This document shows positions 1-8,380 of a DNA stretch of 64,000 nucleotides, in pieces. Source of the DNA: an uncultured Anaeroplasmatales bacterium (GTDB lineage: Bacteria; Bacillota_I; Bacilli_A; Acholeplasmatales; WRBM01). The translations under genes and the position numbers were made by a program. The notes beneath the pieces were generated by a model that had not been told where the DNA came from, did not search any database, and saw only the letters and a list, made by a program, of their open reading frames with translations. The stretch spans positions 13,200 through 77,199 of the forward strand of contig CAYZIB010000002.1 in the NCBI GenBank assembly GCA_964478425.1, given 5' to 3'. The stretch's first letter is position 1, and each line of letters opens with the position of its first letter.

Positions 1-86
1 GTTTGGCATTTATTTGTTTTATTTGGAACAATTGTCCAATTTTTAGGAATATTGCTATATTTATATATGTAATTAAAATGAAATAG
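1..86 (+). CDS. 3' end of an unidentified protein, truncated by the window edge
   Basis: The frame starting at nt 3 is open to TAG 84-86 (..LAFICFIWNNCPIFRNIAIFIYVIKMK*). The tail is hydrophobic and a hairpin terminator follows. Too short to assign a family. Confidence 0.2.
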   Translation, partial: LAFICFIWNNCPIFRNIAIFIYVIKMK

Positions 87-94
87 ATAAAAAA

Positions 95-124
95 AGATTT
101 TTCTTGCGAAAAGTCTTTTTTTTT
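95..124 (+). terminator. Intrinsic terminator hairpin
   Basis: agatttttc-ttgc-gaaaagtct forms a 9-bp stem and is followed by a T-run (117-124). Confidence 0.55.
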
Positions 125-141
125 GATTAGGTTTGTAATAA

Positions 142-810
142 TTATTTATTGTTAATTAAGGCTAGAATAGTTCTTTCATTATCAATTGTAATATTTTTAA
201 TTATTTTAAAATTATTTGGAATTAATTTTAATATATCATAATAATATTCATAATAATATTCTTTTTTTCCGTTGATTTTAATTTTATGAATTAATATATT
301 AGGCTTTTTAAGCTTTATTTTCCATTTGTATTTTAAAAAATTTTTGTTTTTTTTAAATATTAATTTTTTTGATTCTAAATATTTTTCTTTAGTAAAAAAA
401 TCAATAATTAATATTCCATTATTTTTTAAATTGTTTTTACATAAATCAAAAAAATTAATGATATCATTTTCTGTTTCTAAATAATTTATTGTATCAAAAA
501 AACAAGTGATTAAATCAAAAAAATCATTGTTTTTGTATTCTAACATATTTTGATTTATAAAATTAATTTGATTATGATTTATTTTTGATTTTATTTTTGC
601 TTGCATAATCATTTCTAAACTAATATCTAATCCAAATAAGTTATATTTATTTCCATTAAATGCATTAATAAATGTTCCTGTTCCACAACCTATATCTAAT
701 ATATTTATTCTATCTTTTAAATAAGAATTAGTAAATTCATACCAAATATTATAATCGATATCTTCCATTATATCATCGTAGTATTTTGTAAATAAAGAAT
801 TATATTTCAT
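142..810 (-). CDS. Class I SAM-dependent methyltransferase
   Basis: 222 aa. ILDIGCGTGTF matches the glycine-rich SAM-binding motif I, and the following acidic/hydrophobic motifs (LFGLDIS, FDLITCF) fit a Rossmann-type methyltransferase. Confidence 0.7.
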   Translation of the reverse strand: MKYNSLFTKYYDDIMEDIDYNIWYEFTNSYLKDRINILDIGCGTGTFINAFNGNKYNLFGLDISLEMIMQAKIKSKINHNQINFINQNMLEYKNNDFFDLITCFFDTINYLETENDIINFFDLCKNNLKNNGILIIDFFTKEKYLESKKLIFKKNKNFLKYKWKIKLKKPNILIHKIKINGKKEYYYEYYYDILKLIPNNFKIIKNITIDNERTILALINNK

Positions 811-888
811 ATTTTCACCTTTTATAAATTAATATTCTATGATAAAATTATATTAATATTTTTATAAAAAAACAAGTAGGTGTAAAAA

Positions 889-2724
889 ATGCTTAATGAA
901 GCTAAAATTTTATTAAAAGAAGAAAAATATCAAGAAGCATATGACATATTTTCTAAACACTATCAAAAATATAAGGATGTAGAATCATATTTTTATATGA
1001 CAAATATCGATTATTTTAATTTTAAAGATAAATCATTAAACGAATATTATAATATGTATTTAAAATTGAAAAAATTAGCACCTAAAAAAATGATTTTATC
1101 ATTTATTCATCCATTGGTTGCGATTGCTTATGATTTAAAAGACTATAAAAATGTAATTAAGTATATAGAAGAAGCCTTAAAGTTTAATTTAAATGATCCA
1201 TTTTTATTTTCAATAATGGCATCATCATATTTAGAAATATTTTTATATGATAAAGCAATTTATTATGCTGATAAAGCATTAAGTAGTGATGTATCAGATG
1301 AAAGAATAAAAGGTGCTTCATATGAAACAAAAGCATTTGCTTATGCATTTAAACATGATGCTTCTAATGCTTTAAAAATTATTAATGATATGTATTTGAC
1401 ATTAGAAAATCAAGAGTTGGTTGAATTTTCTGAACTTAAAATTTATTTATATTTAGATATGGAAGAAAAAGCAATTGCTATTGTTGATAAATTAATTGAA
1501 ACAAAAAATAATCCGGTTGATTTTATTTTGGAATTAGAAATATATTTAGAAAGTAAACAAAAATATATGCTTGTTATAAAATATTTGAATATTTTAATTA
1601 GTAAATATTTAGGTTACTTTGATGAACCATTTTATTTATATTATAATATGATTAGAATATTGAATTTAAATAAAGAATATGAAAAAGCAATAAGTTATTT
1701 AAAAAATATTGATTTAAATATAATAAGCAAAGAAAATAAATTAATTTTAAACGAAGAATTAGCTTATGCATATTATAATATTAACAATGTATTTAATGCG
1801 GTTAATTGTTATATTGAATGTTTTGATATTACTAATGATAAAGAATATATTAAATTGATTGCTAAAATATTATATGAAGCAAAAGAATATGATAAAGCAT
1901 TAAAATATTTAAATGATTATAATGTTAATGATTCATTATTTTTAACTGGAATGATTGAAAAAGAAAAAGGAAATTTTGATCTTGCAGAAAAATTAATGAT
2001 TTTAGGTAAAAAAGAAACTAATTTAAAAAAATTTTCATTTGCAATTATAAATGTTAGTAAAAATCCTAAAAAATATTTTAGATTATTAAATAAATCATAT
2101 AAATTAACTAATGATTCTTTAGTATATAGATTTTTATCATCTAATTTATTTCACGGAGAATATAATAATAAAGTAAATGAAAAAAAAGCATTAGAATATG
2201 CTTTAATGTCAATAAAATTAGATAAAAATAATATATGTGCATATAGTATGCTCGGTAATATTTATTTAGCTAAAGAAAAATATGATGAAGCATTTAAAAT
2301 ATTTGAAATGGGATATGAGTTATATTTAAGAAATAAAGAATGTAGTTGTATTGTTGGATTTTATTGTTACTGTTTAAAAAACGGATTAGGAACTAATAAG
2401 GATGAATTAAAAGCATATAATATTTTAAATGAATTATTTATTAATGAATATGATAAAATGAGTGAAAACTGTTTTGCAATATTTGTTGATTTATCAATTA
2501 TTTTTAAAAAAGATTTAAACATTATTTTGGATAAATTATATCATTATTATGAAAGAAGATATTCATTAACTAAATATTATTTGATTTGTAAAATTAAAAA
2601 AATATTAAATTTAAATTATGATGATGATTATAAGATTTTTAAAAAATGTTTAAAATTTGTTTCAAAAAAAGAAAGAAAACATTATAAAAATAATAACGAA
2701 ACATATTATTTAAATAACTTTTAG
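889..2724 (+). CDS. TPR/Sel1-like repeat protein
   Basis: 611 aa of repeated ~34-40 aa helical units (..YQEAYDIFSK.., ..YDKAIYYADKAL.., ..YDEAFKIFEMGY.., GLGTNKDELKAYNILNELF is Sel1-like). No catalytic motif is visible. Confidence 0.6.
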   Translation: MLNEAKILLKEEKYQEAYDIFSKHYQKYKDVESYFYMTNIDYFNFKDKSLNEYYNMYLKLKKLAPKKMILSFIHPLVAIAYDLKDYKNVIKYIEEALKFNLNDPFLFSIMASSYLEIFLYDKAIYYADKALSSDVSDERIKGASYETKAFAYAFKHDASNALKIINDMYLTLENQELVEFSELKIYLYLDMEEKAIAIVDKLIETKNNPVDFILELEIYLESKQKYMLVIKYLNILISKYLGYFDEPFYLYYNMIRILNLNKEYEKAISYLKNIDLNIISKENKLILNEELAYAYYNINNVFNAVNCYIECFDITNDKEYIKLIAKILYEAKEYDKALKYLNDYNVNDSLFLTGMIEKEKGNFDLAEKLMILGKKETNLKKFSFAIINVSKNPKKYFRLLNKSYKLTNDSLVYRFLSSNLFHGEYNNKVNEKKALEYALMSIKLDKNNICAYSMLGNIYLAKEKYDEAFKIFEMGYELYLRNKECSCIVGFYCYCLKNGLGTNKDELKAYNILNELFINEYDKMSENCFAIFVDLSIIFKKDLNIILDKLYHYYERRYSLTKYYLICKIKKILNLNYDDDYKIFKKCLKFVSKKERKHYKNNNETYYLNNF

Positions 2725-2733
2725 GAGTATATT

Positions 2734-3819
2734 ATGAGTAGAAAATTATATAAATTTTTATTTTTTATAACATGTATTTTATCGGTAGTAATGCTTGTAT
2801 TTTTGATTGATTTAAGTTTTATTGATTTTATTATTAATTATATATTTTTTTCATTTATTAATTTATGTATAGTAATTATTATTCATGAATTAGGACATTT
2901 AGTTTTTGGTAAAATTAGCGGATATGAATTTATTTCCTTTAGATTTTTATTTTTAATTATTTATAAAATAGAAGATCAATATAAAATAAAATTTGTTCCA
3001 TTTCTACCAACATTAGTTGGGCAATGCTTAATGAAATACCCTGAATATGATAATAATACTCCTTACAAATTATTTAATTATGGAGGATTAATATTTTCTT
3101 ATAGTTATTCTTTTTTAATGTTAGTAATGACATTAAATGCAGATGACGATCTTACAAAATTATTTTTAATATCAGGATTTTTAATTAGTATGATTATTAA
3201 TTTAAGTAATTCGATTGTTGAAAAAAATATGGTTAATGATTTATCAAATGTAAATGAAATTGAAAATAATTTAATTAGTAAAAAAAGTTTTTTTTACCAA
3301 TTAGATGTAATTGGAATGTTGCAACAAGGAAAATATTTTAATGATGCTATATGTGATATTGATTTAGAAGAATTAGATTTTTCAATTCCAATTCAAATAG
3401 CAAGTGCACTTTTTATGTATTATTCTAAAATGGAAATTTTAAAATATGAAGAAGGATATAAAATAATAAGTTTAATGTATGATAATTTATATAAAATAAA
3501 TAATATTTATAAAGATACAATTTTATATACTTATTTATTTCATAAAATTGTGTATCAAAAAGAAATTTTAGAAGCAAAAGCTATTATAGATGAAAAAAAA
3601 TTAGAAAAAGAAATAATCAAATTTAGAAAAGTTAATTATGATTTAAATCAAAGAATTTATTTAGCATATAAAATTTATATTTTAAATGATTTTAATAATA
3701 TATCAAAAGATTTCGTTAATGCAAAAAAAGCAAATAAAAAATCTTTATATGAAAAAGAAGAATATTTATTAAATTCTTGGATTAATCAAATACATACAGA
3801 TTATACAAAAATGCTTTAA
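2734..3819 (+). CDS. Membrane protein with an intramembrane HExxH motif (M50/site-2-protease-like zinc metalloprotease) and a helical C-terminal domain
   Basis: 361 aa. IIIHELGHLVFGK lies inside a predicted TM helix, with several further TM segments and then a soluble helical half. It starts 9 nt after the TPR gene. I did not find the second S2P motif (NxxPxxxLDG). Confidence 0.45.
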   Translation: MSRKLYKFLFFITCILSVVMLVFLIDLSFIDFIINYIFFSFINLCIVIIIHELGHLVFGKISGYEFISFRFLFLIIYKIEDQYKIKFVPFLPTLVGQCLMKYPEYDNNTPYKLFNYGGLIFSYSYSFLMLVMTLNADDDLTKLFLISGFLISMIINLSNSIVEKNMVNDLSNVNEIENNLISKKSFFYQLDVIGMLQQGKYFNDAICDIDLEELDFSIPIQIASALFMYYSKMEILKYEEGYKIISLMYDNLYKINNIYKDTILYTYLFHKIVYQKEILEAKAIIDEKKLEKEIIKFRKVNYDLNQRIYLAYKIYILNDFNNISKDFVNAKKANKKSLYEKEEYLLNSWINQIHTDYTKML

Positions 3820-3849
3820 AAAAAAATTGGTAATTTTACCAATTTTTAT
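3820..3849. terminator. Bidirectional terminator between convergent genes
   Basis: aaattggta-attt-taccaattt forms a 9-bp stem flanked by an A-run and a T-run. It overlaps the pepT stop. Confidence 0.6.
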
Positions 3850-5051
3850 TTTGCATTTTTGATTATGTCAATTAAAATTTTTACTACAGATTCCATTTCT
3901 TCTAAACATAAAAATTCATATGGACCATGAAAATTATATCCACCAGTTCCAAGATTAGGGCATAAAAGTCCATTATAAGATAATCTTGCTCCGTCTGTTC
4001 CTCCTCTTATTGGTTCAACTATAGGAGTTAAATTATTATTTTTTATTGCATTAATTGCAAGATCAATTATATATTCGTTTCCTATAAATAAATCCTTCAT
4101 ATTGTAATATGTATCTGATATTTGAAGAAAAATAGCATCATATCCGTAAAAATCATTTAAATATTCTTTTATTTTTATAAAAGTATTTTTTTGATTATTG
4201 AATAAAATTTTATCATGATTTCTAACAATATAACTTGAAGTTGCATGTTCAACTCCTCCATTAATAGAAATTAGATGATTGAATCCTTCTTTTTTTTCAG
4301 TCAAAGCTGGATCTAGATTTTTTGGTAACATTTCGTGAAATTGTAACAATAGTAAACTAGCATTAATTAGTTTCCCTTTTGCATCACCAGGATGGATGCT
4401 TTTACCATTTGCATTAACAATTATATCAGCTGCATTAAAATTTTCATAAGAAATTTCATTTGGTCTTGAACCATCGATTGTATAAGCATATTTTGCTTTA
4501 AAAATGTCAAAATTAAAATTATTTGATCCTTCGCCTATTTCTTCATCTGGTGTAAAACATATATATATATCTGGATGATCAATTTTACTATTTAATATTT
4601 CATAGATCATTTGCATTATAATAGCAATCCCACTTTTATCATCAGCACCAAGCAATGTTTTACCATTTGTAGTAACTAATGTTTTTCCTTTTAAATCTTT
4701 TAAATGAGGAAATTCTTCAACTTTTAGTATAATATTTTCTTTTTTATTTAAAACAATATCTAAACCATCATAATTATTAATAATATTTGGAACAATATTA
4801 CATCCTTTAGCATCAGATGATGTATCAAGATGACTTATAAAACCAATAGGCTCTTTATTTTTATTTCCGCTAATAAAAGTATATAAATAGCATTTATCAT
4901 CTAAAATTACTTCTAAACCTAAATCATTTAATTGTTGTTTTAAATATTTAGCAAGTAAAAATTCATCTTTATTTGAAGGATGTAAATTAGAATTTGGATC
5001 TGATGTTGTGTCAAATTTAACATAATTTAAAAAGTTATTAAGTATATTCAT
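3846..5051 (-). CDS. pepT: Peptidase T (tripeptide aminopeptidase, M20B)
   Basis: 401 aa. The N-terminus NFLNYVKFDTTSDPNS and the ISHLDTS, LLGADDKSGIAI and FTPDEEIGEG metal-ligand motifs are typical of PepT. Confidence 0.88.
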   Translation of the reverse strand: MNILNNFLNYVKFDTTSDPNSNLHPSNKDEFLLAKYLKQQLNDLGLEVILDDKCYLYTFISGNKNKEPIGFISHLDTSSDAKGCNIVPNIINNYDGLDIVLNKKENIILKVEEFPHLKDLKGKTLVTTNGKTLLGADDKSGIAIIMQMIYEILNSKIDHPDIYICFTPDEEIGEGSNNFNFDIFKAKYAYTIDGSRPNEISYENFNAADIIVNANGKSIHPGDAKGKLINASLLLLQFHEMLPKNLDPALTEKKEGFNHLISINGGVEHATSSYIVRNHDKILFNNQKNTFIKIKEYLNDFYGYDAIFLQISDTYYNMKDLFIGNEYIIDLAINAIKNNNLTPIVEPIRGGTDGARLSYNGLLCPNLGTGGYNFHGPYEFLCLEEMESVVKILIDIIKNAK

Positions 5052-5072
5052 AGTTATTCTCCTCTTATCAAA

Positions 5073-5097
5073 AAAGCTATAGATTACCTATAGCTTT
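5073..5097 (-). terminator. Hairpin downstream of tRNA-Lys (terminator or processing site), ~20 nt upstream of the pepT start
   Basis: aaagctatag-attac-ctatagcttt forms a 10-bp stem. On the minus strand a short T-run follows, then the pepT RBS (AGGAG). Confidence 0.55.
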
Positions 5098-5106
5098 AAT
5101 ATTTAA

Positions 5107-5182
5107 TGGTACACCTTCAGAGACTCGAACTCTGGACCCATTGATTAAGAGTCAATTGCTCTACCAACTGAGCTAAAGGTGC
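5107..5182 (-). tRNA. tRNA-Lys (anticodon CUU)
   Basis: The reverse complement GCACCTTTAGCTCAGTTGGTAGAGCAATTGACTCTTAATCAATGGGTCCAGAGTTCGAGTCTCTGAAGGTGTACCA folds as a cloverleaf. The anticodon stem is attga/tcaat, the loop is CT-CTT-AA, the T-loop is GTTCGAGTC, and CCA is encoded. Confidence 0.93.
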
Positions 5183-5192
5183 ATGCATTTAA

Positions 5193-5220
5193 ATTATACT
5201 CATTTTATAAAAATAAGCAA
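5193..5220 (-). promoter_or_regulatory. Sigma-70-type promoter for tRNA-Lys
   Basis: The minus strand reads TTGCTT-N16-TATAAT, ending ~10 nt before the mature tRNA 5' end. Confidence 0.55.
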
Positions 5221-5260
5221 GTTTTTTTTAAAAAAACATATATTAAAAAGGGGATAATAA

Positions 5261-6208
5261 ATGATATGTGATTTACACTGTGATACATTTTATAAATTGT
5301 ATTATTCTAAAAAAGAATTATACAAGAATGATTATCATGTTGATGTTTTAAAATTAAAAAAAAGTAATTATTTATTACAAGTTTTTGCAATGTTCATAAA
5401 CATGAATAAAGTAAATGATATATTTAATTATGTAAATAAAATGATTGATTTATTTTATTATGAATTGAATAAAAATAAAGCATATTTAAAACATATATTA
5501 ACTAGCAATGATATTGATTATTGTATTAAAAATAATTTGATAGGTTGTATTTTATCTATTGAAGAAGGAGCAGTAATAAATAATGATTTAAAAAAATTAG
5601 ATTATTTTTATAATAGAGGAGTAAGAATTATAACATTAACATGGAATTATCCAAATTGTATTGGCTATCCAAGCAATAATCTTTTATCAAATTCTTCATT
5701 AATGAGTAATAAAGGATTAACAGATTTTGGGATTAATGTTATAAAGAAAATGGAAGAATTAAATATGATTATTGACGTATCCCATGGTAGTGATAAATTA
5801 GTATTAGATGTTTTAAAATATAGTAAAAAACCATTTATAGCAAGCCATTCTAATTCAAGAAAAATATGTGATCATAAAAGAAATTTACCTGATTATATAT
5901 TATGCCTTTTAAAAGAAAGAGGATGCTTAGTTGGAATTAATTTTGCTACACAATTTATAAATTCAAAACAAAAGAAAACTAAAGTAAAAGATATAGTCAA
6001 ACATATAAAACACATAGTAAATATTATGGGAGTTGATTTGGTTTGTTTTGGTACAGATTTTGATGGAATTGATTCAAAATTAGAAATTAAAAACGCAGGA
6101 AAAATGAAAAAGTTTTATAAAATTTTGAAAAAAGCTAAATTTAAAGAAGAGGATATTAAAAAAATATGTTATTTAAATGTTTATAATTTTTTTAAAAAAG
6201 TTTTGTAA
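5261..6208 (+). CDS. Membrane dipeptidase family protein (peptidase M19)
   Basis: 315 aa. DLHCDT at the N-terminus, plus the ITLTWN, DVSHGSD, ASHSNSR and FGTDFDG motifs of the renal-dipeptidase fold. Confidence 0.8.
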   Translation: MICDLHCDTFYKLYYSKKELYKNDYHVDVLKLKKSNYLLQVFAMFINMNKVNDIFNYVNKMIDLFYYELNKNKAYLKHILTSNDIDYCIKNNLIGCILSIEEGAVINNDLKKLDYFYNRGVRIITLTWNYPNCIGYPSNNLLSNSSLMSNKGLTDFGINVIKKMEELNMIIDVSHGSDKLVLDVLKYSKKPFIASHSNSRKICDHKRNLPDYILCLLKERGCLVGINFATQFINSKQKKTKVKDIVKHIKHIVNIMGVDLVCFGTDFDGIDSKLEIKNAGKMKKFYKILKKAKFKEEDIKKICYLNVYNFFKKVL

Positions 6209-6358
6209 TAAGAAAATAAATATTTGATAAAATATCTAGTATTTTGCTATATTATGCTATTTAAATAGTATAATATTTTTTCTTTTTTGCTTAAAAAAAA
6301 CTTTTTTTTTTATATTATATAATGTATAATAGTTTATATTGAAAAAGGAGGTCATTAA

Positions 6359-7792
6359 ATGGATTTTTTTAGTAGAATACCTGGCGATTTCTTTTTATTG
6401 TTATCGTCAAAAAATAAAGAAATTTATTTAAGCTGCCTATTAGTTGTGTTTGATGCTTATGAAAAAGGAAGAATTATTGGTATTGAAAGAAGTTTAGCTG
6501 TTGACTTATTAGAAGAACATTTGACTTTTTATAAACAAGATTTAGATATGTCAGATGATGAACCTCAAATAATAATTGATGATATTTCTAATGAAACAGA
6601 AGAAGATAAAATTAGAGATAAGGCTACATTCGTTTTAAGAAAGATGATTAAATATGGTTGGATTCAAACAGATATTATGCCAGATTTAACTGAATATTTA
6701 AATTTTCCAGATTACGCAATCACCTTTTTGTCTGCAATTAAACAAATAATTAGGGAAGAAGAATTAAATGATTCAATTGATCCAACTCAATATCATGGAT
6801 ATATTTATACAATTTATTCTTTATTGATGAACAGTGGTGAAGTTGATTATGGATTAACACTTGATACAGTATATAAAAATACAATATTATTTTATCGAGA
6901 ATTAAGAAAAATTGATTACAAATTAAAAAATTATATTAGGTCTATTGTTGATCATTCTGAAATAAAAGATTTAATAGAAACTTTAATTAAACATAAAGAA
7001 GAAATATTAGATCGAAGTTATTTAAAATTAAAAACAAGTGAAAATGTTTCAAAATATAAATTAGCAATTATATCTAAATTAAGAGAATATCAAGATACAC
7101 CATTAATATTAAATATGATTGCAAATTATAATTTGCCAGAATATGCATTTGATTATGAAAAAGCATATCGTGCTTCAGAAGATAAAATAAATGAAGTTAT
7201 AGATATTTTTACATCATTTGAAGAAATCATGAAAGAAATAGATGATAAAAATAGAAATTATATTAATTCAAGCATTGGAAAAATTAAATTCTTATTAAGT
7301 AATGATACAAATGTATTAGGACAATTAAACTATATATTAAAATTTGTTAAAAAGAGTAATGAGAAAAAACGTATTGATATGGCTATAAATAAAATTAGAC
7401 CATTATTTAGTATGCATATGAATAAGTTTTTAAATAATGATTCCTTATTTACTCCAAGAGGAAATTATCAACATCAAAACACATTAGATGTTTTATTAAA
7501 TGATGATTTTGATATATCAGAAATTGAAAGAAAATTCTATTTAGAATATTCATCTAAATTTACAGAAGATCAAATATTAGAATTTGTTGATAAAAAAATG
7601 CAAGATAAAAAAGTATTAAAAGTAAGTGAAGTTTTAGGGAAAAACGCTAATGAAGATGATCTATTAAGATTTTTATATGCAATAATTTATTCTGATGAAA
7701 ACTCACAATATAAAATTAATATTTTGGACGATAAAGTTGATTTAGAAAACTTTAAGATGAATGAATTTGAAATAATCAGGAGGGAAAATTAA
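6359..7792 (+). CDS. Kleisin-like first subunit of a MukFEB/MksFEB/Wadjet-type SMC module (JetA/MksF-like by position and size)
   Basis: 477 aa, largely helical and acidic, with no enzymatic motif. It is the first gene of a coupled three-gene operon that ends in an SMC-like ATPase. Its stop overlaps the next start (TAATG at 7789-7793). The assignment rests on architecture, not a recognised signature. Confidence 0.5.
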   Translation: MDFFSRIPGDFFLLLSSKNKEIYLSCLLVVFDAYEKGRIIGIERSLAVDLLEEHLTFYKQDLDMSDDEPQIIIDDISNETEEDKIRDKATFVLRKMIKYGWIQTDIMPDLTEYLNFPDYAITFLSAIKQIIREEELNDSIDPTQYHGYIYTIYSLLMNSGEVDYGLTLDTVYKNTILFYRELRKIDYKLKNYIRSIVDHSEIKDLIETLIKHKEEILDRSYLKLKTSENVSKYKLAIISKLREYQDTPLILNMIANYNLPEYAFDYEKAYRASEDKINEVIDIFTSFEEIMKEIDDKNRNYINSSIGKIKFLLSNDTNVLGQLNYILKFVKKSNEKKRIDMAINKIRPLFSMHMNKFLNNDSLFTPRGNYQHQNTLDVLLNDDFDISEIERKFYLEYSSKFTEDQILEFVDKKMQDKKVLKVSEVLGKNANEDDLLRFLYAIIYSDENSQYKINILDDKVDLENFKMNEFEIIRREN

Positions 7793-8379
7793 TGTTTGTT
7801 GAGGATTTTGAAAGATTAAATAAAACTCAAAAAAATCTGTTTGCAGATGCATGTAACGAACTTTTAGCAAATAGTTTTATTGCTAGAGATAAAAAAGATA
7901 ATAGAAATCTATATTTGTTTGTCATAAATTTTAAATTTATGTTTGAAGAATATTTTTCTTATATTCAATATGATTTAATTGTTGATAATCAATTAGGTGT
8001 TATTCAATTATTAAGTAATACAGGAGCAAACCAATTAAAATTAAAAAAAGAAGAAAGTATTTATCTTTTATTATTAAGAATTATTTATCACGAAAAAATG
8101 AAAGAAATATCATCAAGTGATAATGTTGTTGTACCAATTACATATTTAAATGAAAAATATGCAGAATTAGAAATTGCAAAAAGAATTTATAAAACAGAAG
8201 TTGTAAATGTGTTAAGACTTTTTAAAAGATATAATTTAATAGATAATTTAGGTGATATTACAGTTTTTAATAATAAAATTGTGATTTATCCAACAATTTT
8301 ATATGCGGTTAAAGCAGAAGATATTAATGCGATTTATCAAAATTTACAAGCATTAGATCGCGCTGATGGAGGTATGTAA
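7792..8379 (+). CDS. Small second subunit (JetB/MksE/MukE-like, DUF4194-like by size and position)
   Basis: 195 aa, translationally coupled on both sides. The size and middle position match the KITE subunit of Muk/Mks/Wadjet operons. Confidence 0.5.
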   Translation: MFVEDFERLNKTQKNLFADACNELLANSFIARDKKDNRNLYLFVINFKFMFEEYFSYIQYDLIVDNQLGVIQLLSNTGANQLKLKKEESIYLLLLRIIYHEKMKEISSSDNVVVPITYLNEKYAELEIAKRIYKTEVVNVLRLFKRYNLIDNLGDITVFNNKIVIYPTILYAVKAEDINAIYQNLQALDRADGGM

Positions 8380-8380
8380 T

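Noticed and set aside
6209-6358. A defined promoter and the A8-C-T10 tract upstream of the SMC-like operon.
   Set aside because: Several overlapping TATAAT-like boxes are present, but none has a convincing -35 partner at 16-18 nt. The A/T tract cannot form a stable hairpin. I left it unannotated.
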